Assembly: GCA_040771825.1 (NCBI GenBank) | Contig: JAXGZG010000005.1 | Coordinates: 99,640 to 163,639, forward strand | DNA from: Bacillota bacterium | Lineage (GTDB): Bacteria > Bacillota > Sulfobacillia > Fermentithermobacillales > Fermentithermobacillaceae | Direction: 5' to 3' | Length of the DNA stretch: 64,000 nt | Shown: piece after piece, positions 55,765-64,000 of the stretch | Layout of the letters: each line of letters opens with the position of its first letter | How positions within the stretch are numbered: the first letter of the stretch is position 1 | Notes under the pieces: model-generated | Databases searched by the model: none | What the model was told of the DNA's origin: nothing | What the model saw: only the letters and a program-made list of their open reading frames with translations | Program-made: the position numbers and the translations under genes

Positions 55765-56248
55765 CCTGTTTGTGCTGCTCTCGAGGAACGTGGATCTGGG
55801 CAGACTTAGCTGGGTCGTGCAGGGCGCTACGCTGGGATGGATATCCGCCGTCCCCCTGTTGCGGAGCGGCGAACTCACCTGGCTTGGCGTTGGCCACCTC
55901 ACGCTGGCGTGCGTTTGGACCGCGTTCCTTTACCTTGCCGTTAGCATCGTGACGGCTGCGGCAGCGTTCAGGATAGTGCGGATCGAGGAGCTTCAGGTGT
56001 TCACAATCAACCTAGGGGGAACCGCAACGCTATACCCGCTGGACATATATCCGAGGTGGCTCAAGCGCTTCCTCACGTCGGTCATCCCGCTTGGAGTTGG
56101 CAATTACGTCCCTGTGAGGTACGTCTTGGGCAAGGGCGGGGCTTGGTGGAGACTGGTGTTACCGCCGGTTGTGGCAGCCTTCTGTCTGGCGGCTGCCGCT
56201 AGGACTTGGAAACTAGGTGAGGCCAGGTATCACAGCACCGGCTCGTAG
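55430..56248 (+). CDS. ABC-2 family transporter permease
   Basis: Internal ATG at 55430 (MKTAMSRVFAGMRLYWLL...). A 272-aa polytopic protein. Confidence 0.8.
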   Translation: MKTAMSRVFAGMRLYWLLVSASVRAKMQYKLDFISSVIIQAIMGVYDYFVIAVVLWKFGSIKGWDIREIGILYAVSRVGFGIYRTIGEELERFENYIVGGNFDSVLIRPWPSLFVLLSRNVDLGRLSWVVQGATLGWISAVPLLRSGELTWLGVGHLTLACVWTAFLYLAVSIVTAAAAFRIVRIEELQVFTINLGGTATLYPLDIYPRWLKRFLTSVIPLGVGNYVPVRYVLGKGGAWWRLVLPPVVAAFCLAAAARTWKLGEARYHSTGS

Positions 56249-56263
56249 AGAGGGGGAACAACC

Positions 56264-57316
56264 GTGCCTATATCCGAGAAGAGGCTAGCTGTCAGAACCG
56301 TCGGATTGAGCAAGTCCTACTTCGTCCAGATCAGGAAAGGAGGCTTCCTCGGCGGCCTGCGGACGTTGATATCGCAGGAACAGAAGGAAGTCCGGGCCGT
56401 GCAGGACGTCTCGTTCAACATAAGGAAAGGCGAGTTCGTGGGCTACATCGGCCCCAATGGAGCAGGAAAGTCCACCACCGTCAAGATGCTGACTGGGATC
56501 CTCCACCCCACCTCCGGTGAGGCACGTGTCAACGGGCTTTCCCCGCAACGCGACAGGCAGCGGCTTGCCCGCGAGATCGGCGTAGTGTTCGGCCATAGGA
56601 CTCAGCTTTGGTGGGACCTGCCCACAATCGACTCATTCGACATCCTGTCGGCGATGTACGACATCCCCAGGCAGGAGTACAGGGCGTTCGTCAAGGAATT
56701 TGACGGCCTTTTGGGCGTAGGTGAGTTTCTGGACACCCCTGTGCGGCGCCTTTCGCTTGGACAAAGGATGCGAGCGGACCTGGCAGCGGCCTTGATCCAC
56801 CGCCCCGATGTGTTGTTCCTGGACGAGCCGACTATAGGGCTGGATGTGGTCGGGAAAGGCCGCATTCGGGAATTCCTTGCGCGGCTTAACCGGGAGCGCG
56901 GCGTTACCATCCTGCTGACAACCCACGATCTTAGGGACATTGAGGAGCTTTGCTCTAGAGTCATGATGATTAATCACGGAAGCCTAGTCTACGACGGTAC
57001 TCTTGATTCCCTACGCGACCAGGCAGGCCTCCCGACAATGCTGTCGGTGAAGTACGCAGGCGTACCCTCTCTGCTAAAACCGGGCAAGTTCGTGGGCCGC
57101 CAAGGTCAAGTGCTGGATGCCCCCGAAAACGGCGCATGGCGCGTAGAGTCAGTTGACGCACATTCCAAAACAGTGGGGGTGATTTTCGACCGCAGCCAGT
57201 CAACAGCCCCTACGGTCATCATGGCGATGCAGGTGTTGGGCGAAATCCGGGATGTCTCCCTTGCCGAGCCGCTCATTGAGGACATCATAAAGCGACTTTT
57301 GGAACGGCAGGGCTAA
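56264..57316 (+). CDS. ABC transporter ATP-binding protein
   Basis: Walker A GPNGAGKST, signature LSLGQRMRADLA, Walker B VLFLDEPTIGLD, plus a C-terminal accessory domain. Confidence 0.9.
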   Translation: MPISEKRLAVRTVGLSKSYFVQIRKGGFLGGLRTLISQEQKEVRAVQDVSFNIRKGEFVGYIGPNGAGKSTTVKMLTGILHPTSGEARVNGLSPQRDRQRLAREIGVVFGHRTQLWWDLPTIDSFDILSAMYDIPRQEYRAFVKEFDGLLGVGEFLDTPVRRLSLGQRMRADLAAALIHRPDVLFLDEPTIGLDVVGKGRIREFLARLNRERGVTILLTTHDLRDIEELCSRVMMINHGSLVYDGTLDSLRDQAGLPTMLSVKYAGVPSLLKPGKFVGRQGQVLDAPENGAWRVESVDAHSKTVGVIFDRSQSTAPTVIMAMQVLGEIRDVSLAEPLIEDIIKRLLERQG

Positions 57317-57337
57317 TCAGTTGTGCCTCGCTGCCTC

Positions 57338-57589
57338 CTAGTCACCAGTCAACTTATCGGGTTCCCACGCAAGTTTCACACGCAGACCGTTCATGGCGCT
57401 GAACGGGATCTTCCCATCATGCTGGAGCCTTCCGACAACAATACCGGGGTGAACCCCTATCGCACGAGCGAATCGCTTGGCCGAGGCCACCGTGACTGTG
57501 TCGTCGGCCAGGTAGAAACGATAGGCTCTGCTAGGAATAAGCTGCTCAGATGCGAAAACGAAATGCCACAGGCAGAACGGTCGGTACAT
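57338..57589 (-). pseudogene. C-terminal fragment of an ImmA/IrrE-type or HigA-associated protein
   Basis: FASEQLIP...AKRFARAIGVHPGIVVGRLQHDGKIPFSAMNGLRVKL matches the conserved C-terminal part of ImmA/IrrE-like proteins. No HExxH metalloprotease core or HTH is found upstream in any frame. Confidence 0.4.
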
Positions 57590-57871
57590 AGTCGAGCGGC
57601 GACCCCGAAGAAGGACCTTAGGTTGAGAACCCTAGCATGCGGTTCTATGGTGGCGGGCACAGCACCAAATCTAGCCAGCGAAGCATACGGAAACTGCTCT
57701 GCCATCCTGCATTCAGCCTTGATCGACTGCTGGCTGTCAAGGCGAGCTTTTGTCTCCTGGAAATTCGCTTCAACCGGCCCCAGTGGGGTCCACGTCTTTG
57801 AAACCAAACTTCTGGTAGAGATGCCGAGCCCGCTCGCGGGGAAGCATGATCCTAGCGATAGGTTTCCGCTG

Positions 57872-58363
57872 TCACGGTATCCTTTTCCTTGCTACATGCC
57901 CCTTGAGTATCGTTGAGGGAGATGCCCATCCCATGTACCTGGGTTGGGTCCACCCCGAGGCGGGCTCAAGACCCTGAACCTCAAGATAGTCGTCCTCTCT
58001 GACCTTTTCCCAGGCATGAATCAGACGCCCGTTCCCCACGGAAATTCCGACATGCCCCCAGTCCTGCTTCACTCCGTGAACCATCCCTTCGCACTGGTAG
58101 AACACAAAAGCGCCTACAGGCGGCGGCATGGGATCGCTAGTCACCCCGTACATCCGCGCCGACTCGGTTGCCGACAACCCTCCAAATACCTCAATGCCGT
58201 TGCCTTCCTCGTAGCAGTCCTCAACAAAAGCAAGGCACCGGAGGGGATAGTCTGTAGAGCCAATCTTTGAGCGAGCCCATCTGATCGCGCCCCCAACGTA
58301 CCGTTCGTGCTCTTGTGTAGACATAGCGGGCCACTCCCCCAGGATGATTTTCCTATGCTTCAC
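57872..58363 (-). CDS. NlpC/P60 (C40) family peptidase-like protein
   Basis: Catalytic-Cys context DYPLRCLAFVEDCY and His context GHVGISVGNGRLIHAW. Confidence 0.65.
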   Translation of the reverse strand: MKHRKIILGEWPAMSTQEHERYVGGAIRWARSKIGSTDYPLRCLAFVEDCYEEGNGIEVFGGLSATESARMYGVTSDPMPPPVGAFVFYQCEGMVHGVKQDWGHVGISVGNGRLIHAWEKVREDDYLEVQGLEPASGWTQPRYMGWASPSTILKGHVARKRIP

Positions 58364-58441
58364 ACCCTGCGTGAAGCCATATCAACGATCTTGCTAACGG
58401 TTTCTGCAATTAGCCTCTCTCGTTTGAGCTGGCTGGCACAT

Positions 58442-58792
58442 CTACCCCTTTTGAGCGGCAGATCTCCTGTGCCGCCCTACTCCTAGAGTCAGGAACAAAA
58501 CCCCGATGAGAAACGGCGGTACTGAAATGGCCAGGAAACTAGCTGGCTGCTTATAGGTGTCGAAGTGTAGCGTGAAGGCGATGCTTGCCAGAAGAAAAGC
58601 CAGTCCGCCGTATGCCGGGCGGTTCCACGCCAGCGCAAGAAAGGCCAACAGAACAAACGAAGGGATCAGGTGAATGAGAAAACCGAGCAGCTTCGCCGAA
58701 AACGAAGCTGCGCCCGAAAACGCATCCAGTGCAAATGCGGACACGAACAGGATAAACAGGATTGCCGCCACCCTAGGAATCCATCGGCTCAT
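58442..58792 (-). CDS. small membrane protein, function unknown
   Basis: 116 aa with four hydrophobic segments. Confidence 0.5.
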   Translation of the reverse strand: MSRWIPRVAAILFILFVSAFALDAFSGAASFSAKLLGFLIHLIPSFVLLAFLALAWNRPAYGGLAFLLASIAFTLHFDTYKQPASFLAISVPPFLIGVLFLTLGVGRHRRSAAQKG

Positions 58793-58984
58793 CCCGGCAC
58801 CCTCTTTCCAATACTTGGTCCGCCACTACTATACTACATGACATGGCGCTAGAGGCTGGAGTGTCACAAGACCCCTGCGATGCGCAGGTCACGTTATGGG
58901 AAGCAACTCGCGTCAACAATGATACAGTTCTCCGCATCACTCCATCGGCGAGAGGTTCGCGAAAGTGATACGAAGGCTCGTCAA

Positions 58985-60004
58985 TCACGCTTTGCCAAGC
59001 GGGTACGCCCTCATCACTCTCAGCGCTCTTAGGGTATTCCATCGGCTGGGTTCGCCTGTCTTCTCCATGTCGAAGTGAACGTTGCCCGTGTGTTTATGCT
59101 GCAAGGGCCAAGTGCCGTCGGAGCGCCTCTTTTTCAGGAGGACGGCCAACGCCGGCGCCATCCTTTCATCGTAAAGGACTCCCGCCGCCTGGAAGTAATC
59201 CAATCCCCTTAGAATGTCGTAGTGCCACCGCGAAGGATACGAAAGCATTAGGAACTGCGGGTTAATGACCTCGTTTGTATGATCGGAGAGGAACAGACGG
59301 TGACGAAGGATGAACTCTATGCCTCGCGCTTCAGCTTGCCGGATTCCCTCAAGCCGTGCGTGGACCCAAGCAGCTTCAGGAAAGGCGGTAGGGATAGACG
59401 CATGGTCTTCCGCCGCTATGGTCTCTTGCTCTGCCCACCTTCGAAACTCAAGCAAGCCCTCCAGCACCGATATCGTGGTGTGCAGAGAAGAGTGGGCTGC
59501 CCCGCGGATGAACTCGCAGTTCCAACCGTAGCCCGGCATCTCTACTCGCAGCAGGTAATCGACGATGCCTTGAATTCGCGGGTCAGCCACACGGAAGTAC
59601 GAAGCGTAGCCCAAAGCCATCCCGTTGATACACACGTCAGGCGGACGCTTGGTTACAGCGTAGTTGACCGCACCCTCACCGTCTATAGACAGATCGAACA
59701 TCATGTGGACCGCCCGTCGCGCAGAAGGGTTATTACGAGGGAGTCCCAGGCTTTTGAGGTCAAGTAACGTGTAGTGGGTTGACGTCCACTTAGGCTGGTA
59801 AAAACCCCTGCCCCAGTGCCCGTTAGCGTTCTGCCTTGCAAGAAACTGTGCTCCCCAGCCTTCCTGGCTTATGCGGCGCTGGAGCGCGGCAAGCGTTGGA
59901 GGATCCGCGCCCAGCAAGTCCCTATGTGCCTGGTACTGGATGGAAACGTCGCCTTCCAGAAGCCACGATATGATTGCCTCTTTGGGTCTCTGTAGAGGGT
60001 TCAC
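58985..60004 (-). CDS. hypothetical protein, possibly alpha/alpha-toroid (prenyltransferase/terpene-cyclase-like) fold
   Basis: 339-aa soluble ORF with repeated aromatic-rich helices (GWG..F...Q..NGHWG). The fold assignment is tentative. Confidence 0.4.
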   Translation of the reverse strand: MNPLQRPKEAIISWLLEGDVSIQYQAHRDLLGADPPTLAALQRRISQEGWGAQFLARQNANGHWGRGFYQPKWTSTHYTLLDLKSLGLPRNNPSARRAVHMMFDLSIDGEGAVNYAVTKRPPDVCINGMALGYASYFRVADPRIQGIVDYLLRVEMPGYGWNCEFIRGAAHSSLHTTISVLEGLLEFRRWAEQETIAAEDHASIPTAFPEAAWVHARLEGIRQAEARGIEFILRHRLFLSDHTNEVINPQFLMLSYPSRWHYDILRGLDYFQAAGVLYDERMAPALAVLLKKRRSDGTWPLQHKHTGNVHFDMEKTGEPSRWNTLRALRVMRAYPLGKA

Positions 60005-60129
60005 GAAAACACCTCACCCCGCGTTCTGCGAAGAAATCGGACCGAACAACTCCCGTGGTTGATTTTCCAACGCACGCTCCCAGCAACTGAACGTGGATTC
60101 AGCATTCGACGCGGAAGCCCGCAATCCTT

Positions 60130-60261
60130 GCTGCCCTGTTAACAGTACTGGATTATAACCACACGGCTTTCGGACAATTTGTTGACTCGACTCGCCGTAG
60201 CCTGACTAGCGCAGATACCGCAAGAGACCTCAAGGGGTATTTCCTAAGAGCCGTCAAAGCG
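60130..60261 (+). pseudogene. relic of the 3' end of the phospholipase C gene at 7833-8717
   Basis: GCTGCCCTGTTAACAG(C/T)ACTG(A/G)ATT(C/A)TAACCACACGGCTTTCG(A/G)ACAATTTGTTGACTC(A/G)ACTCGCC matches 8400-8466. CCTGACTAGCGCAGAT(G/A)CCGCAA...CTCAAGGGGTATT matches 8503-8545. TTCCTAAGAGCCGTCAA(G/A)GC matches 8687-8706. Same orientation, with two internal deletions. Confidence 0.7.
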
Positions 60262-60345
60262 AACCCCCAGGCCATGCAGTGCCGGGGTTCGCTTCGTTCT
60301 GGGGCTGGACTCAACCAGCCCGTCGCAAGAAGGAGCCTGCCGAAC

Positions 60346-62820
60346 CTAGTTCCAGGCAGGCTCCTCTGTACCGCTTGGACCCACTCGATAGGGCATCCAC
60401 ACCAAAGCGACTGCTTTCACGCTGATGTCCTTCTTGGCAGGCCTTACGACATACTGTTGGAAGGTTTCATTCAGCGGGCTAAGCTTCTCCGAAAGTTCCA
60501 GGGTCTCGCGCCGAAGATCATCTTCTAGCACCTTCATGTCATTCTGGAGAGCTGCCAAAGACTCTGCCGAGCGCTGAACATCGGTTTGCTCCTTCATGTA
60601 CCTGCTAGCACCCCTGGCCGCTGTCGTCGCTCTCCCCAAAGTGGACGTGCTTCGGGCCTTGGTTCCAAGGAAGGACGTAAGAAGCGTAGAGCCTATCGAA
60701 ATCGCCGTCTGCATCTGTTGCTGCTTAGCCTGCATCTTCTCCCGCTCAACGGCGGCCTCGGCTCGACGGATCTTATCCATCAAGGAGTTCGTCTTGGCCG
60801 CGTACTTCTTCCGGATGGCGTCCACAGCTTCTTCGCGCTTTTCGCGGAAATCCTGGTCAAGTCGCACTCGGAAATCGCGCTCAGACTCACCCATCCTGGA
60901 AAACGCTTTGGCCACCGAACTCTGCATGAGGACTATCTGCTGCGTCCTATAAAGCCAATCTGCGAAGGCCTTGGCCCACTGGGCATAGCTTCTGGATGAT
61001 CCGGCCGAAGCAGCCAGGGGAGCGAATGAGACACCTGAGAGGCCGGAAGTCTCCAGGTCGGAGATGCTACTCTCAGCGGGGAATGCGGCATCCCAGTCGA
61101 TGCCCTGTACATCATCGGGAACAGGAACGGCAAAGGAGAGCTCCTCGGTTGAGTTGACTCCGCTTTTCATGTCAAGGAAACGTACAAGCGAATTGCCCAG
61201 TGTGGCAGGACGATAAATGAATTCGTCGGGCCTCCCGCGCCCACGTAGCGGTAGGAAGTACTGTCTCACGTCAGGCGGCAGCACCGGGGGATCAGAGGCC
61301 GTCAGACGCTGAGACGGGTAAGCGGGCTCTGGAGGCGCCCATACGGGCTGTTGTGCCGGCGGATACCCAGGCGCTTGCGGCGGCTGCCAGCTTGTTAGCT
61401 GGGGTGACTTCTTGCTCACAGCGAGGCTTTGTATCTGACTTCGCGACAACGGCCCCGCTAGATATGACATGACCCACCGCGTCTCGAATACAGTCGGCGC
61501 ATCTTCCCGAACGTTGTTCATGAGGAAAACTCTTTGCCCCAAACCGGCAAGGATTGCCTCCATCTTGGCCTTATCAAACCGCGCGCCCTGAGATAGGGCG
61601 GCTCCCTCCAGTCCTTCCAAGACCCTCATCTTATCGCGCTCGGTCTGCAGCCTTCCTATGAACCACGTACCTGTGTTGGAGAGACCCTTGTAGTCCAGAT
61701 CCACAGGGTTCTGAGTGGTCAGCATGACTCCAAGGCCAAACGCTCTAGCCTGCTTGAGAAGAGTCAGCAAGGGAGCCTTGGTCGGAGGGTTGGCCACAGG
61801 GGGGAAGTAGCCGTAGATCTCATCCATGTAGAGCAGTGCGCGCAGGCTTGTGGTGCCGGTCTGAACGCGGGTCCAGCTAAGAACCTGGTTAAGCAGAAGT
61901 GCCACAAAGAACATCCTCTCAGCCTCAGACAGATGGGCTATGGAGAAGATAGAGATCTTAGGCTTCCCCGTTGGCGTGTGGAGGATGCTGTCTACATCAA
62001 GAGATTCCCCCTGCATCCAAGCTGCAAAACCCGGAGAAGCCAACAGGTTGTTGAACTGAATGGCTAAGGCAAATCGGTCCTTGGATGGGTAGAAAGATTC
62101 CAGACTCATCACGCCAATCTGGCCAACCGGCGGAGAGTTTATCTGCTGTATTAGCGTGGCAAGGTCAAGATCCTGCCCTCTCTGCCACGCGTACGAGAGT
62201 ATAGTGGAGATAAGGATATGCTCCCGGCTCCTTATCGGATCCGCCGTGATGCCTACGAGCCCGAGGAGACTGCTTGCGGTACCGCTAACCCGCTCATTCA
62301 AGAGTTCCATATCCTCGATGATTGCTCTTGACGGAGCCGCGAAGGACTTGAGAATCGATATCGGGACACCCGCCGTGCTGCCCGGAGTGTAGATCACAAA
62401 CTCGGCAGAATCACGAAGCCGTTTTATCCGCTCGCCGTCCTGACCCCAAGAGGCCAGGCCCTTCTTCCATAGTTCCGCTTGGGATACCGCGTACTCCTCG
62501 GGAGACATATTCTTACGTCTCGCATCATCCTCGTTGATCCATGGCCTGAAGTCCTCGGGACAAAGGTCAGGGAACGTGAGGAGGAGATTCGCCATATCTC
62601 CTTTGGGGTCAATGACAATGGCGGGAACACCGTCTATGGCCGCTTCCTCCAAGAGGGCAACGCAAAGACCCGTCTTGCCACTTCCGGTCATGCCGACGCA
62701 GACTCCGTGGGTGACCATGTCTTTTGAGCTGTATAGGAGGTACCCATCACCGAGGCTTCTCTTTTCTAGATCATAGGGGCGACCGAGGTAGAAGACGCCC
62801 AGTTTCTCGTATGAGTCCAT
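60346..62820 (-). CDS. HerA/FtsK-like P-loop ATPase with Pro-rich linker and long coiled-coil C-terminal region
   Basis: Preferred ATG at 62820, 8 nt after GGGAG. Walker A GMTGSGKTG, Walker B LRALLYMDEIYGY. Linker SWQPPQAPGYPPAQQPVWAPPEPAYP. The C-terminal ~350 aa include a KKYAAKTNSLMDKIRRAEAAVEREKMQAKQQQMQ coiled coil. Confidence 0.7.
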   Translation of the reverse strand: MDSYEKLGVFYLGRPYDLEKRSLGDGYLLYSSKDMVTHGVCVGMTGSGKTGLCVALLEEAAIDGVPAIVIDPKGDMANLLLTFPDLCPEDFRPWINEDDARRKNMSPEEYAVSQAELWKKGLASWGQDGERIKRLRDSAEFVIYTPGSTAGVPISILKSFAAPSRAIIEDMELLNERVSGTASSLLGLVGITADPIRSREHILISTILSYAWQRGQDLDLATLIQQINSPPVGQIGVMSLESFYPSKDRFALAIQFNNLLASPGFAAWMQGESLDVDSILHTPTGKPKISIFSIAHLSEAERMFFVALLLNQVLSWTRVQTGTTSLRALLYMDEIYGYFPPVANPPTKAPLLTLLKQARAFGLGVMLTTQNPVDLDYKGLSNTGTWFIGRLQTERDKMRVLEGLEGAALSQGARFDKAKMEAILAGLGQRVFLMNNVREDAPTVFETRWVMSYLAGPLSRSQIQSLAVSKKSPQLTSWQPPQAPGYPPAQQPVWAPPEPAYPSQRLTASDPPVLPPDVRQYFLPLRGRGRPDEFIYRPATLGNSLVRFLDMKSGVNSTEELSFAVPVPDDVQGIDWDAAFPAESSISDLETSGLSGVSFAPLAASAGSSRSYAQWAKAFADWLYRTQQIVLMQSSVAKAFSRMGESERDFRVRLDQDFREKREEAVDAIRKKYAAKTNSLMDKIRRAEAAVEREKMQAKQQQMQTAISIGSTLLTSFLGTKARSTSTLGRATTAARGASRYMKEQTDVQRSAESLAALQNDMKVLEDDLRRETLELSEKLSPLNETFQQYVVRPAKKDISVKAVALVWMPYRVGPSGTEEPAWN

Positions 62821-62854
62821 GCGCTCAACTCCCATGAGGTTTATGTGCGTAGTA

Positions 62855-63139
62855 TTACTCCAAACGGGGGGCGTCTTCCTGCGACAGAAGGTAAGGCGTC
62901 ACGCCGCCGGCATCATGCTCAACCTGAGGTAGGGCGCCGAGAGTGGCAAAACCTGCAGGCACCCCAAAAGACCGCAAGGCATGATTCTCCTCTCCCCACC
63001 GTGGCACGGTAAACATCCCATTCGGCCACGCCTCGACAAATCGAAACTTTTCGTGCTTCGACGTCGTCTTAAACGTATGGCATGTTGCGTCTATGGAGGT
63101 ATGCGAGATGCGCAAGTCTTTGATCGCGTGGGAAGTCAT
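62855..63139 (-). CDS. small hypothetical protein upstream of the HerA-like ATPase
   Basis: The ORF ends 34 nt before the ATPase start. The C-terminal part (FVEAWPNGMFTVPRWGEENHALRSFGVPAGFATLGALPQVEHDAGGVTPYLL) looks protein-like. The start is uncertain (63139 or 63016), and the longer forms overlap the divergent lipoprotein gene. Confidence 0.3.
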   Translation of the reverse strand: MTSHAIKDLRISHTSIDATCHTFKTTSKHEKFRFVEAWPNGMFTVPRWGEENHALRSFGVPAGFATLGALPQVEHDAGGVTPYLLSQEDAPRLE

Positions 63140-63995
63140 GGCCCTGGTCACCTCTGTAGTCCTGGCGATCGCCTTGGCGGGATGCTCCGCGCCAATCAGA
63201 CTGATCGAACTGACAGACGACGCCCTACTCAAGGCGGCTTTGTCCGGCACCTACAAGCTGGGCAGCGATATTGTGAAACTCACCGCCGGACAGGGGGTTT
63301 GGGATAAGCCCGTGCTCGGCGACGTGAACGGGGATGGCTGGAAGGATGCTGCGCTTATCGTCACCAACTCGTTGAGCGACACGGGCGTCTCCTACTACCT
63401 AGCGGTCTACGAGCAGAGCAAGAACAGCAAGAAGCCCGTCGACATGAGCGCCGTTCTCCTCGGCGATGCAGTTGAGGTCCGGAGCCTCGCCATTGAAAAT
63501 GGCAGCATCATGGTGTCGTACACAGGCCGCTCGAAGGGCGTCCCCATGACGTCGGAACCTGATATCGTCCTCGACACAACCTTTAGGATGGAGGGCACCG
63601 AGCTCAAGCAGTCATCGAGCCAGACCTATACCAGTTTCGAGAAGTACATCCCATACCTTGGGATGACCAAGACAGAGGTCATCCAGGCGGTCGGCGAGGA
63701 GCCGACGACCATCGATGAAGGAGGGGTGGACTTCGCCACGGCTGCCCTGCGTCTGTGGTTCGATGAGAACGGGAAGGTGCGGGATATCTCGTTTGGGGCG
63801 CCGGATGTCGACTTCAACGGAGCCAGGTACGGCCAGAAGTTCGATGCGTTCCATCAGGCCCTTGGCGACTGGTTCCAAAGAGACGAGAACTCTGCCTATG
63901 CCGTTTTCCACTACAGAGACATCGACGTGGACGTCGACTACGACCCGAAGACGCAGGTCGTCGTAAGCGTGCACATTCTGAGCGAGTGGAAGTAG
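63108..63995 (+). CDS. lipoprotein, function unknown
   Basis: ATG at 63108, 8 nt after GGAGG. Signal peptide with lipobox LAGC. Contains a VLGDVNGDGWKDAALIV FG-GAP/VCBS-like stretch. Confidence 0.7.
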   Translation: MRKSLIAWEVMALVTSVVLAIALAGCSAPIRLIELTDDALLKAALSGTYKLGSDIVKLTAGQGVWDKPVLGDVNGDGWKDAALIVTNSLSDTGVSYYLAVYEQSKNSKKPVDMSAVLLGDAVEVRSLAIENGSIMVSYTGRSKGVPMTSEPDIVLDTTFRMEGTELKQSSSQTYTSFEKYIPYLGMTKTEVIQAVGEEPTTIDEGGVDFATAALRLWFDENGKVRDISFGAPDVDFNGARYGQKFDAFHQALGDWFQRDENSAYAVFHYRDIDVDVDYDPKTQVVVSVHILSEWK

Positions 63996-64000
63996 AGCCG

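Noticed and set aside
60262-60300. GAACCCC-15 nt-GGGGTTC hairpin downstream of the HerA-like gene, considered as a terminator.
   Set aside because: The loop is long and no U-tract follows on the relevant (minus) strand.

Overview
This is a 64-kb bacterial chromosomal window. I recognised no rRNA, tRNA, CRISPR array, transposase or integrase by eye. Lineage cues are an SLH-anchored giant surface protein, DUF503, RlmH and strong GGAGG Shine-Dalgarno sites. GC looks mid-to-upper 50s % (not computed). Together these suggest an SLH-bearing, Bacillota-like or similar organism.

Layout:
(1) 0-10 kb: a methyltransferase, a complete livJHMGF-type branched-chain amino-acid ABC operon, a DUF4143 AAA ATPase, a secreted Zn-phospholipase C, an MBL hydrolase and a glyoxalase.
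(2) 10-20 kb: frameshifted mgtC, copy 1 of a two-gene GNAT cassette, a membrane protein, a zinc-ribbon protein, dienelactone hydrolase plus a radical-SAM/SPASM maturase, a ~600-bp repeat-rich non-coding stretch, DUF503 and a methyltransferase.
(3) 20-29 kb: a STAND/wHTH regulator, divergent from a small Cys-rich ORF and a 1665-aa beta-helix/Listeria-Bacteroides-repeat/SLH surface protein.
(4) 29-35 kb: aminopeptidase P, a zone of truncated gene fragments, and copy 2 of the GNAT cassette, whose right edge cuts off a HEPN gene.
(5) 35-54 kb: a defence island. It holds MNT plus a truncated HEPN; a type I R-M system with hsdR, a stand-alone hsdM and an hsdM-hsdS fusion; a second nucleotidyltransferase with a HEPN-like remnant; an AbrB/RelE-type TA pair; embedded rlmH and a VOC gene; and a four-gene SMC-ATPase/Toprim operon in jetABCD order.
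(6) 54-64 kb: an ABC-2 exporter, more gene fragments, a C40 peptidase, a relic of the phospholipase C gene, an 800+-aa HerA/FtsK-like ATPase and a lipoprotein.

The best candidate for something new is the 46.9-54.2 kb operon. It is Wadjet-like in gene order and has a JetD-like Toprim C-terminus. However, its ATPase head looks SMC/RecN-type rather than MukB-type. Its second gene is an internally duplicated (covalently doubled) winged-helix subunit, and its first gene has no motif I can name.

Caveat: four single-base frameshifts in this window all fall at short G/C runs, so some apparent pseudogenes may be assembly errors. All functional calls rest on motif recognition by eye; no database search was run.
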